From: Guillardia theta CCMP2712
Lineage: Eukaryota > Protista > Cryptophyta
Direction: 5' to 3'
NCBI RefSeq assembly: GCF_000315625.1
Contig: NW_005434658.1
Location: 773,139-837,138 of the forward strand
DNA length: 64,000 nt
The notes under the pieces are model-generated. The model saw nothing but the letters and a program-made list of their open reading frames with translations. It made no database searches and was not told the DNA's origin. Made by a program: the position numbers and the translations under genes. Each line of letters opens with the position of its first letter. Position 1 is the stretch's first letter. Below, in pieces: positions 12,451 through 24,441 of this stretch.

Positions 12451-12913
12451 AGCAGGAGAGCAATCACATGGACGGACGTCTGCTACCAGCGCTTAGGTCA
12501 AAGCCTTGTAGATCCCATCTTTGCGTCTTCCTACCATTTTCCTCTGCCTCCTATCTCGCTCTCTTCCCTCCTAAGCGGCCACACACGCTTGCCTGCTCTC
12601 AACCCCGTCTCTACGTCTTGTGCCTCCTCCCCCCTTACGCCCCTACTTCCCGCCCTCCCTCGGCATTCCCTATCGCTACGCTTTTGCCGCCATTTCCTGT
12701 CCTCAATTTCGTTCCTTTGGGGCCCCCCGGACCTCCTCCGCCCGTCACCCCTTGAGCGAAAGGCTGACGCTCAGCGGGCAGGGGGGTGCGAGAGCAGCAA
12801 GGGCGAGAGAGAGGGAGAGAGAGAGAGAGAGAGAGAGAGGAAGGGGAGCGGGGGGTCCATTGCCCGAGAGAAGTCGGAGCTCTCAGCAGGCAGTAGGAAG
12901 GGAACGAGTGAAA

Positions 12914-13560
12914 TCACCGGGGGTACGCTTGTTCTGCAAGATAGCGAATCGTCGTCAACCTCTTCTTCTCCACCGAGCAGAGCAGTGGAGTGAGCATGAG
13001 CTTTGTCTTGGTCTGGAGACTCGCGCCCCCCAGCTCCACGAGGAGGCGGACGAGAGTCGTGTGCCCGTTCGACGCTGCGATGTGGAGAGGAGTGTATCCT
13101 CGAAGGTCTGTCTCGTCCACAGAACATCCCGCAAGCATCAGCCTTGCCGCTACCTGCACCCNNNNNNNNNNNNNNNNNNNNNNNNNNNNNNNNNNNNNNN
13201 NNNNNNNNNNNNNNNNNNNNNNNNNNNNNNNNNNNNNNNNNNNNNNNNNNNNNNNNNNNNNTGGGATTGTTCTCAAACCAGTGGAGAGGGAGAGGGAGAG
13301 GGAGAGGGAGAGGGAGAGGGAGAGGGAGAGGGAGAGGGAGAGGGAGAGGGAGAGGGAGAGGGAGAGGGAGAGGGATGGAGGGAGGGAGGGAGGGAGGGAG
13401 GGAGGGAGGAGACAGAGAGACTGTTGAGCAAGACCAGGAGGCTCAGCAAGGTGGTCAAGCAACGCTTGTCTATCCCCATGCGACGCTCATGGCTGCGGCA
13501 TGCTGACTCTGCGTGGGCCAACTTGAAGTTGTCGAAGCGCTTCCACACCCTCACCTAGTG
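12914..13560 (-). CDS. Ankyrin-repeat protein (partial, interrupted by gap)
   Basis: [50 protein letters not shown] fits the ankyrin consensus; gene ends uncertain. Confidence 0.7.
13162..13261. other. Assembly gap (100 N)
   Basis: Run of N. Confidence 1.
13285..13410 (+). repeat. (GAGAGG)n / (GGGA)n purine microsatellite (intronic)
   Basis: Visible tandem repeat. Confidence 0.95.
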
Positions 13561-15276
13561 AGCTGCAACCATGTTGAGCTCGATGACAGCTGAGAACTCA
13601 TGCAGCTGTCAGACGTTTGCCAGCTACGCCCCGTCTGCCGCATCCGAGTCAAGCTCGAAGATGGTTCATGGCCGAGAGCAACTGGTCAAGTCTTGATGAC
13701 CCCGTCGACACAAGCTGCTGTCTGCTATGGATGAACTTGATTGTCATTGAAACAAGAGTTGACCTGCGCTGTATCACCAGATTTATCTCCAAAAGCGATG
13801 AGTTAATTCAAATCCGAAGCTGCATCTTGACAGTCTCGACAGCGTATAATATCATTGCAGCAAGGTACAGGAATGTCCCCCAATCATCAGCACACAGCGA
13901 ATTACGTGCCCGCCCAAGAAACATTTATACTCAAGTATGAGACATGGAAAGAGGAACAAACTTATTTACGTTCTTTTTTGAATGTTGTTCAGCTTCACTG
14001 TCTTCCTTGAACTTGATGGTTGTTACATTCATCACTCGCTACCATGACGGTCTCCTGAATCTCATGACTGACGTGCAGGCTAGCTCGATGCTGCCCAACT
14101 TATAAGAGATCGACCACTTACACTGCATGCTGCTGACTCAAGACTAAGACTGTTACCCTCTCACTAGTTGAGACCCACAAGAGCCCGTAGCTCGCACAAC
14201 TGCAGGAAACGCGAAACTCACTTCCAACCAGGTCCGTCAGACCCGGCTGTACTGAGTTGCTCCTCGGGTGGGGTTGAACTATCTCCAAGGACACTACTTC
14301 TTTCGGAGATGACGTCAGCAGAACAGATGTCGACTGATCTCACCGCATCGCAAAGTCATCCAACGACCAGCAATGCCTTACCTGTTCAACTCAAATCTCC
14401 AAATCTCCTTCGGATGTAGTTTCATCAATACTGGGTAGCTGCTTCGGATGCGAGGAAAGGAGGATCGCCAGATGTCACAAAGACTCTTCAAGCAGAGGTT
14501 GTCGCGTCTGAGAATGACATGTGGAAATCTGAATAGCTCGTATAGAGTGGTCGTAGAGTGAACGAGAAGTAGGCTGAGGGAAGCATCAAGCGAGGTGGCT
14601 GAGGACTAGGTTTCTGGAGATGCGATAGTGGGTCAAATCACACAAACTGAGCATGAAGGTGCTTTATTCGCACAATATCGTAGGATGTTGAAAGATAAGA
14701 TTTCGATACTTATTTAGACCATCCAAGGGCTGTCGCGCTGTTGCTCGTGAAGTAGTCTCCAAACTTTCAAATGTTGACTATTCACGTCTATATCCTCAAG
14801 GATGCAATATGCATTCATCCTCGCGGACGCTTTAGCAAGCGCTTGACATATCGTTCAACATATACAGTACATCTGGATCATCGGATATGCCATCATAATG
14901 GGGCGCGGCCCGCCCCCCGGGCCCCGGCCGCTGGCGGCCATGTCCGATCGCCGGGATGTGACCCCGGCGGCACACTGTGTCGTGGCCCAGAGACTGCCAG
15001 GCACAGCCGGCGGTTCCGGCCGCGTCACGCCGGCCCTCATTCTGGCCTTTACTCAAAGTTAAGTTAAAAATCAGTACGAGGACAATCAGGAGAGTCGAGG
15101 AGGCTTGACCCTGACACTGTCGCACAGGCCACTGGCCAATCATGGCATCATGATGGCAGCTATGGGACGCCGCCGCCACCCGACTGAGTCCGGGGGCCCG
15201 GGGCCCGCCGGGCCCGTCAGAGAGTCCGGCGGTCCGGTCCGTCCGGCGTTACAGTCATAGAATTGAGGTAACGGTC

Positions 15277-16849
15277 ATGGCGGCCGCAAGGATGCCGGGA
15301 GCGGCTGTGCTGCTGGCTGTCTTGATGGGGGTGCTGGTGTGGGAGGGTGGGGCGCTGCATGCTGGGCGGCTATCAGAGCCTGCAGGTAGGGGGCAGCTGC
15401 GTCTTCTCCATGGTGGATATCTGAGAGAAGCGATGCCACATCGAGCTTGTTCGAGCAGACTGAGTGCGGAGGTCGCTTCGGCTTCGAGGTTGAGGCTCAA
15501 GGGAGGGGAAGACAACGAAGAAAACACTGGCAAAACAGGTTCATAGTCTCACTTACCTACCATCTTCCGCTGCCAACATCTTTTTCTTTGTCTCTGAATC
15601 TGCTTGCCCTCCAAAACTTTTCTTATTTGATGATGTTCCACACGCTATTGACATTTAGAGTTCTTCACAGGAAACACAACAGAAACCACGGAAAGCATGG
15701 AGACAGAGGAGACAGAGAGGAACGAAACAGTGGCGAGGGCTCCAAAGGTTATTCCACCGGAAGTTGTTCAGCAGATGAACTACAAGATGTGGGAAGCCGC
15801 TATAGAGGGGAACGAGCCCTTGTTTGTCAAGGCTGTGGAGTCAGGGGCGAACGTGAATGCTTTCTGCAGACTGAAGGATAAGTGGAAGAATATCACAGTT
15901 GGTACGTGCTTCCTCCTCTCTCCCCTATATTCATCGTGTTGTTCCCTAATCCTTAAACTTTCAGGCGAGATCGCGGGGTTCGATGAGTCGCAGACAGGCT
16001 TGAATGTGCACTGGATGGAGTTGAACAACTACACAGCCTTGCATCTTGCGGCAGCTTGTGGTGAGAGCCGCTCCGATCTCATCAGGGTGCGTCTGACGTG
16101 TTGCCGTAGGAAATGCTGCCATCATCGACAAGCTCATAGAATACGGCGCGGACATCAATGTGGAGTGTTTACAACGGATCAATCCCTTCCCCACTGCCTT
16201 CGGATTCAAGATTCCACTTCTGTGATACTTTGACTGCTCAGTCTCTGCACACATGATCCTGTTCATCGCTTGCAGGAGTGTGAACAAACCTCTCATCTAC
16301 AAGTGCACTCCGTTGCGCATCGCTCGCGCGGCCAACTGTGGGAGATGCTTCTACACTTCGTGAGTGCAGTTGTATCCTTGGCGATCATGACAGGAGCTGC
16401 TGATGCTGACGACCCTCTCCAGGTATCAGAAGTGTGTCGACAAACTGGAAGCTGCGAAGGCCGTCGACAACGATTTCCACTATCCTGCAGTAACGGCGAG
16501 TTCTCCTCCTCCTTCTCAATCCTCTTTGCCTCCTCCTATCCCATCCGATCTCATCCCTCCTCCGTTCCGCTCTCCTCTTTCCCTCTACTTGCTCCACCCG
16601 TCCCCATGGTCGCTCTTACCGCAACTACAGGTGATCATGGGCTCGGCCTTCTTGCTTGCGTACTTGGGGCTCAAGGGCTGGCCCTTCGAGGTTCTCTTGT
16701 GAGGAGATGGCAGCTGCTGACGTTCAGTCCAGTGGTTCGAGGAATGGCCGTACAACTGGGCTGACTACCCGGACCTTGCCAAGTACCTCCCAAGGTAGAG
16801 GAGGGAGGGAGACACAGCCGCCAAGCTGCTCACTGCTTTTGACAGATGA
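15277..16849 (+). CDS. Signal-peptide-bearing ankyrin-repeat protein, multi-exon
   Basis: N-terminal hydrophobic AAVLLAVLMGVLVW. Ankyrin segments MWEAAIEGNEPLFVKAVESGANVNA and NNYTALHLAAAC|GNAAIIDKLIEYGADINVE are joined across GT-AG introns. 3' end approximate. Confidence 0.7.
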
Positions 16850-17049
16850 TCAGAAGGCTGAAGTGCTGACATTGAGCATTCGCGAGCTTGTGTTACGAGT
16901 GAGTTCGAGGTTGAGGTTGAGTTTGCTCTGCAGTCCGGACGATTCTGCTAGTCTTTACACCATTTACATGAAAATTACAGCATGTCGAAGTTTCTCTTGT
17001 TCACCACTGGAATGACCTCACGGCTGCACTCCTGTCAGTCGCCACATAC

Positions 17050-20000
17050 CCCATGAGTGAGGGTACCTGGAGAGGTTTCGGTTGCCTCCCTCTCAGGTTG
17101 AGAGCTGCCGGCGAGTCAGGTCGAGTCAGTCATCACAAGGGAAAGTCACCCTGGGAGGAGGGGAGGAACAGGATACACACAAGTCGTCTGCAAGACCAGG
17201 TAGTCAGCAGGATCAAGGAGAGGAGGAGGAGGAACACCGATTCAGGTTCAATCGTCGCCTCCCTCTCGACTTCGTCGCTCTGCCAGCTGTATCAGTGCGC
17301 AAGAGCAAGACAGCAGGTGCACCTGTAACGAAGTCTGTAACAGGCCCGGCTGCATCCAAGCAGAGAGCGACGTTTCCATCCTACACCATCAGATCACTTG
17401 AGAGAGAGCGATGCTTCCTCTGCTTCAACCCGATGGTAGGATCCATCCAAGCCATCATCGATGGCGACGTCCTGCCAGACGGCGACTGCTTCATCGTCAT
17501 GGCTAAGCCATCCCCACGGGTTCAACATCACCCGCCCATGGATCGGCGAGGGGTCCCTGCTCGTGGGTACTCTGGTTGCTGCGAGCTCTAGCTGCCTCCT
17601 CCAGCCTACGCAGGTCGTCATGAGAGGAGGGCTCGAGCCAGTTGTTGTAGCGACCTGCAGTCCCCCGCATGGCAGTCACCCCATACTCGGCATTGGAGAA
17701 GGCAGCCTGTAACGCATGAGCAAAGAGGAAGGATGCTTGTTGCCCTTGCCTGCTTCGAGTCATCGTATACGGACTGCGACGTAGCAGCAGATGACGCGAC
17801 CCACGTGCCCCGCTGCTTGTGCGAGCGTCAGTTGCAAGCAAGACCAGCATCTTCTCTAGCCTGAGGCTTTGGAGGAGTTCTCAGAATGCTATTCCAGTCC
17901 TTTGCTTTAGGGCTCATCCATTGGCTGAACTGGTTGTAGTCCTCTGCAACCTCTCCTGCCATCAAGTCACTCGCGTCGCGTCCTCCGAAAGTTGCCACCA
18001 TTCGCTCTTCGCAACTCGCTTTCGTCCTCTCTTTTCTCTCCTCCCTCATGCTCGCCAGTCGTCACAGCCACCACTGGTGAGCTGGTCCACCCCGCAGGAG
18101 CATCTGGACGTATCTGGCTCCTCGCCTGCTGTCCTCTCAGCGCCACGCTTGATCCCTGCATGTGTTTTCTCCTCTCCGTCCTGGGAGTCATCGGCTTGTA
18201 GTGCAGCAGCGATCGCTTGCGCTCATCCGGTGTGCTCGGCGTTTTCTGGAACAACGTCAGTCGCGAACGATGTTTGCGATGTTGGCTGGAGATGTTGGGT
18301 GAACCTCGTTGATAAGCTTCAGAGGCAACTTTGGAGGCAAATGTAAGCCTTCCCTTGCCTGCATCGAACTGGCGTGCCCGTTGGCATCGCCTGAAGGGAC
18401 AGGGCCTTATAAGTCATTCAAGAGTCCTCGCATGCGGCAGATGTACCTAAGGCGCCAGGGATAGAATGCTCGTGCGTGTACTCCAGAGGTCCAATTCCCA
18501 GGTAGCGGGGTGGCAGCATGGGGCTTGGACTCTTGTATGTGAATCCCGACGGAGACTTCGGGGTGTGGAGGATACCGTTGATGGAGCCTGTCTCAGTGGT
18601 GGTCCGGCTCTCATGCTGCAAGGAAGTCAGGAGAAGAGGAGGTCGCCAGCTCAGGTACCTGCTGGGGCCAGGAGCTCCTCATCCTACGGAATAGCTCGTT
18701 CATCTCATTGCTGAGAGACGCGTCTTCCTGAGAGAAAATCAGACGTCACGTCCCCCCAAGCGACATGACCGACATTGCAAGGGATGCAACTTGCATCCTT
18801 GGAGGATTTCAGGACAGGATGGAGGTCCTGCGATCCTTCTTTTATCATCGTGACCAGTCTCTGGGCCGTCTGACTCGCGTTAATCCACCCCTGCACAAGA
18901 CTGCATCAGCCCTGGGGGATCAACACTCGAAACAGCACCACCTCTGCTTCATTCAGCTTCCCCTTACTCCTGTCCCATGAATGCGAAGCTGGTCTCGGCA
19001 CAAAGACGACACTCATCTCCTCGGACTTGTCTGCATGGTGAACATCAACACACCGAACTGGTATTCCCAACAGCTCCGAGATGTTTGCCCTGATCCTGAA
19101 CATGGAAAAGAGGCACAATCAATACCAGATTCATCCCACTTGTCTTCACCTTGACAGAGATTCTTGCCGAGAACTGGAAGCTCTCAGTTCGCTGACGTTC
19201 TCGACGACAACACTGACAATCGAAGCCTGCACCACCACCAGGTCAACCTCTTACTTAGTCCTCCTCCACCATCACCTCAGTCTTCGAAGGCTCTGAATCT
19301 AAAAGGTTAAAGGACCCCGCACGTCCGACGGGGTGATCTTCAGGCCGGAGGCCGTTAACGCACTTCGGAGTGCTCGGTTCGGTTGTTGGCAAGACTGCCA
19401 AACATTCCATTAACGAGAGCAAACAGACGACAAGACAATCAGAGCAAACAAGAACGAGGAATCAGAGAAAACAAGAGAAAACTAGAGAAAACTAGAGAAA
19501 ACAAGGAATTGGTTAAGAGAACAATCAGATCGAAAGAGGAATCAGATCCAAAGAGGAATCGGAGGAAAGAGGATTCGGAGGAAAGAGGATTCAGAGGAAG
19601 GAGGATTCGGAGGGCTGTGTCAAAGAACGAGCCCACCTACGTCTCCGCGGATGACGAAGCGTGCATTTGGATCTTCCCCATTGTTAGGTGCGACCGCCGA
19701 CGACTCAGGATTTCTCTGCCGTTTCTTCTTGAGGGGGAAGCAACAAGACATTGCGTTCTCTCCAGCAGCAAGCTGACTCCTCCTCAGAAGCCGCCACCCT
19801 TACATGCAGCTACGCAAAGCTCCCACTCCTGCTCATGTCAGTTGCGAAGTGTCGGGCTGGTTGATGATCCGAAATGTCCGTGATTCGATACACTTGTCGT
19901 CTTCCTCGCGCAAACTAGCAGCAGACACAAGAGCAAGGGCAGCTTCTTCTTCAACCTGATGAGTCCGCGGTCCCGTTGTCCGTGTGAGCGATGTGGCCGA

Positions 20001-20107
20001 AGGTAGGGCCAGTGATGACTGTCGTCCTTTGAACCCGGCGACCCAAAGAGATCAACGAGCCAGCATGGTCGACGAGATGCCTGTGTTTTCCCTTCTGACT
20101 TTATCAA
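17050..20107 (-). CDS. Hypothetical multi-exon protein(s)
   Basis: Series of protein-like minus-strand exons (IRANISELLGIPVRCVDV; VVLFRVLIP; RVMLNPWGWLSHDDEAVAVWQD) bounded by GT/AG; no family recognised. Confidence 0.3.
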
Positions 20108-20892
20108 TCAGGAAGATCGACAGTCACTGACTCATCCTGTGCTTTCTGTCGATTTCTACTCTGTCCCGCTGAAGTGCCCATATCGATCCTGCAAAGCCCC
20201 TTCATCTCCTCTCTTCTCTGTTGTCCTCATGTTCAGGAATGTCAACCCTTCTCAACGTTCTCTTCCCTCCTTTGTTATCCTCCTCCTCTCCTCCTCTCCT
20301 CCTCCCCTCCTCTCCTCCCCTTATCTTCTCCTCCTCATCTCTTCCCCTCCTCTCCCTTGCATGTGAACTCCAGTTTCAATTTTCCCAACCACCCACCCCA
20401 CCCTTTGTAAGACTTCCCTACCCCACAACCTCCATTCACGCATTCTTTGCCCTAGGAACAGACCCGTACTAAAAGCGTACCTCACCCCCATTCTCACTAT
20501 CCCTCACCCCACCCCACCCTAGGCCCCCATTATCCCGGAGATCGCTCCGATTGCTCTTGAGCTCTGTGCAAACTGCCCGCTGCGCAGAGGAGGAGCAACA
20601 ACATTTGAGGGGCAAGGGACGATGATGATGCTGATTGAGACGACGACGAGGAGGACGAGAGTGAGAACAAAGACAATAAACCAAAGACGCTATGAAGGAC
20701 AGTGGACTTCGTGAAAAAAATAGCGATTTTGAAGGAAAACAGAATCCATCCCATCCTAGGTGAAGATATATTTCTTCATGACCCCGAGGATTGAAAGTAA
20801 TAGATGCAGATATGACTAAAATCGCTCACTCCTCACTCTGATATAGTTACAGACATACAGGTTAGATCGAAGGAATCCTTATAATGGCTTTT

Positions 20893-23036
20893 CTAGTATC
20901 TCCACAGTTTCAGCGAGCAATCTTTGCTCCCGCTTGCCACACGAGCTCCGTCGGCACTCCAGTCCACGGCGAACACCTGCAACATAAAAAAATCAGATCA
21001 GAGGAGAAGCCACAGGGTTCAGCATCGGTCGCACTTCATCTGCATGCCCAGGGAGATCGACGCGCAGCTTGCCGAATGTGCTGCTGCCTTGCTCGACATC
21101 CCAGAGCTTGAGGGTGGAGTCCTTGGAGGCGCTCACCAGCAGTCTGCCAACCGACATCAGGAGGAGACGAGGAGGGAGGGGCTGACCGGCTGTCCGAGGA
21201 CCATGCCACCTGGTACACTGCCCCGACATGCCCTCGAAGGGTGGCGATGTACTTGCCGGTGATTCCATTCCATATTCGAATAGCCTGCAGCTCGTCAAGG
21301 CATATCTCTATCTCAGTTCTCACCTTGTCAAAGGAAGCCGAGGCTATCAAACGCCCGTTCGGGGAGAAGCTAACATGATTGATAGGCTGTGGGGGAAATG
21401 GCCAGGTCAGTTCCCCGTGATCAGAACACGACGACTGGCACCTGAACATGTCCTGTCATGCGGCATATTGGCTTCTTCCCCACAGCTGGCTCCCACAAGT
21501 ACATCGTGTGATCGTCACTTGCTGAAACTAATCGCTCCACTAGCTCGTGGCCAATTGCGTTCTCATACCTGGTGATTTCGTTAAGAAAATTCAAGGCATG
21601 GCAATGCTGAGTGCAACCACCTCTGCTTAGGAGACAGAGCCGCTTCCTTGGCGTTCGCAGGAGCGTTTCTCATGACATGGTCTGAATTCAATGCTATGTG
21701 GTTGACCCAGTGTGCATGCCCCTCCAGTGAACGGACGAGAATCCCCTTGTCTGGGTTCCACACCTGCCAGCCCGCACACGTCAACTGGCTCCTCATCCTT
21801 CGGAAGTAAAATTGGCACCTTGATAGTCCGGTCTTCACTTCCACTGTATATCAGACCAGAACCCCCCCAACGCACGCAAGTAACACTGCACGCTGTTTCA
21901 TGCAATGTGTTGCATCATCAAGATTCAAACCTGCTTGTATGCCCCGTCAAGACCAGCGTGACTGCACTTGTTACTGCGTCCCAGATTCTCAGAGACGCAT
22001 CCTTTCATTTCCAGTCGCATTAGATGTGAGGAGGTGCAAGCAAACATGAGGCAGTACCTTCGAAGCTGTGACTAGCCTTCTACTCACGCCATCTTTCGAC
22101 AGATGGATCGGTTCCCATGACAAGTTGGTAATCCACTTGGTGTGTCCCTACAGCAATTCAGTCGCGGTGCCTCATGGGACTCTCGATCTTCTATACCTTC
22201 AGTGGTTTGCCAGCTGGTTGTCCCTTAGCAGGGTCCCACAATCTCGCTTCCTTGTCCATGCTTCCTGATGCTGCAAGCTTCCCATCCGGCGAAAATGCAC
22301 AGCATCTAAGTGAATGAATGAGGCTTCGCACAGAAGCAGCCAACGATAGGGGCTTACAAGACCCAGTTGGTGTGGCCTTTCATGGTCGTTATCGGCGTCT
22401 CCGTGTTTATATCCCACACTCTCAAAGTCGCATCCCCCGAACCAGTGATGAGGCGTTTACAATCGGGAGAAAATGCAACACAAAGAATGGCCTGCCAAGG
22501 TTATAAGGACGATATATGTCTTGAACTCAACTCAAACCTCGGTGTGCCCTGCTAATGTGCCAGTACATCTGGTGACAGCAATGACGCGAAATGTGGCTTG
22601 AGGTTGGTATACGATCTTAACAACGGTCTCTGCTGAGATGTTGTGTTCTTTGATGGACTCTCCCAATGTCCCAACGATTTCCTGAACCACCCGTTTCAGG
22701 TTAACATCTTTCACTCTCGGCAATGCAATGCAAGGCAAGACATGGCAAAGCGAGCGTCGGGACAAGATACTACAAGATTCTCATGGAGAGTGATTTGTAG
22801 CATCATGGCGGTCAAGATGAGGTCACCTGATCGTTGATGTAGAAGCTGTAAGGCTCGAACTTGTCCTTGCTGAGGAGCTCGTTGATGACCCCATTCAGCT
22901 GCCTGCCCGTAAGATCGTAGGGGATCTCGATCTGAGGCCCCGTGACCTCTCCCGCCTCAGTCACGAACTGAGCAAAGAACTTTTTGTCCTCCCCCTCCCC
23001 TCCCCCTCCCCTCCCCGTCCCTTCAATCTCCGCCAT
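20893..23036 (-). CDS. NLE1: Notchless / Rsa4 homolog (NLE domain + WD40 repeats; 60S biogenesis), many short introns
   Basis: AQFVTEAGEVTGPQIEIP..QLNGVINELL..PYSFYIN, IVYQPQATFRVIAVTRCTGTLAGH, LEGHAHWVNHIALN, FSPNGRLIASASFDK, LRGHVGAVYQVAWSSDSR, DLPGHADEV, SGSKDCSLKLWRY*. Confidence 0.95.
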
Positions 23037-23100
23037 GTTCGCACGTGAAGACAGGACAGGCCCGTCCCATTCCCCGGCAGTACTCAAAGCCTCGGGGACA

Positions 23101-23676
23101 ACCACCCGGCGAACTTCCACTTTCGAAGAAATGAAAAGGTCAAAGGCAGGACCGCACCACAAAGCTAGCCATATAAGTTGTGTATTTAAAATGTCGATTA
23201 AAGTCATTTCACATGGTACAAGCGTGTGTACCAATGTTCTAGAATATCTGTTAGTTATGGCACAGATTGCATCCAAATTTATCATTCAAATTTTCTAGCC
23301 CCATTTCAATAAAAGGGCTACTACAAGTGCGGTAATGTATGTCAAATCGTACAATTTTTTTGTACATGAGTATACCTTCCAGTACATAAATTAAGACCCG
23401 CAGCCCCTTTAATTATTTTTAAACTTGCTCTTACGATCCCATTGAGATTTTGTGGTACTAAATCTTCTTAAATATATTAATCAATTGTAATTAACGAAGA
23501 GGTACGCAATCAAAGTTACAATTTTATTTGTATGCGATTCAGTTACTGTTGTTTAAATAGCTGAGATTCATGGTACAAAATATTTAGATCTCTGAGAGGT
23601 GCACATTCATCCCAGTACAAAATTTTGTACCGTCAAAACATGCATATTCATAGTGGGAAATAGTACGACGGGTGGT
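23101..23676. mobile_element. Putative MITE / non-autonomous DNA transposon
   Basis: AT-rich non-coding 576 bp with imperfect terminal inverted repeats (accacccggcgaact vs reverse complement of the right end, accacccgtcgtact); about 11 GTAC motifs and internal palindromes; no clear TSD. Confidence 0.55.
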
Positions 23677-24441
23677 GCAGGGGCGAATTTGCTAATTTCC
23701 GCAACTTGGTCCCATATACAAGTTAGTTTTGATTGCCTGATATTTAATTATAGTAATATTTGAAATTTACTTTTGAATTTTCTGTCCTTTGTTTGTAAAG
23801 TCTTGTAGGAGGCAAAGATTTCCTTCCCACTAACGGGAAAGGGTGCTCCCGACGTAGACAGGCCCCTGCATTAGCCTCCTTGCGCAACAGCAGCCCATCC
23901 CTTCGTTCCTATCCGTTACCCTCCTCTTTCCCTCCGCTTTCATTTCCTCCTGATCTTCTACACCTGCACAATCGAACAGAAATCGATTGCTGTGCTGTTT
24001 TCGTTCGTTTCTGGTTGCAGGAGAAGATCCTCAAGTCGCTATTTTGGAGTGTTTTGTGAAAGCAGTTCTGTGGCGATCGTGCAGTTTCTAGCTGGAAAGT
24101 TGGCTGCAGCTCCTGCCTTGAATTGTCTGTACACTGAGACATTCCGCAAAACTCAGCTGCTCCTGTTCTTACTGCCTATCCTGTAGCTCAAAACCCTTCC
24201 TAGCGTTGAAGGATTACCATCTGTTTATCGGGGTGAAGCTTTGAGGAACACTCAGCAAAATGAGACTCCAACAGAGCGAATTAGGGTTTCTGTAGGCAAC
24301 TTTAAGGCATATTTTCATTGTGTTGCTCGTAGTTGTGGATTTTCAGTTTATCTCTGGTTTTTGCAATTCTTTTTTTGTTCTGGCTTTTTTGTCGTCTCAT
24401 TTAGATAAGTTTGTATCGTCGTCAAGGGTGGCGGCTAGAAG

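Noticed and set aside
19310-19380. Hammerhead ribozyme on the minus strand
   Set aside because: CUGANGA present but the GAAA core and stem topology could not be found; kept only as a generic structured element
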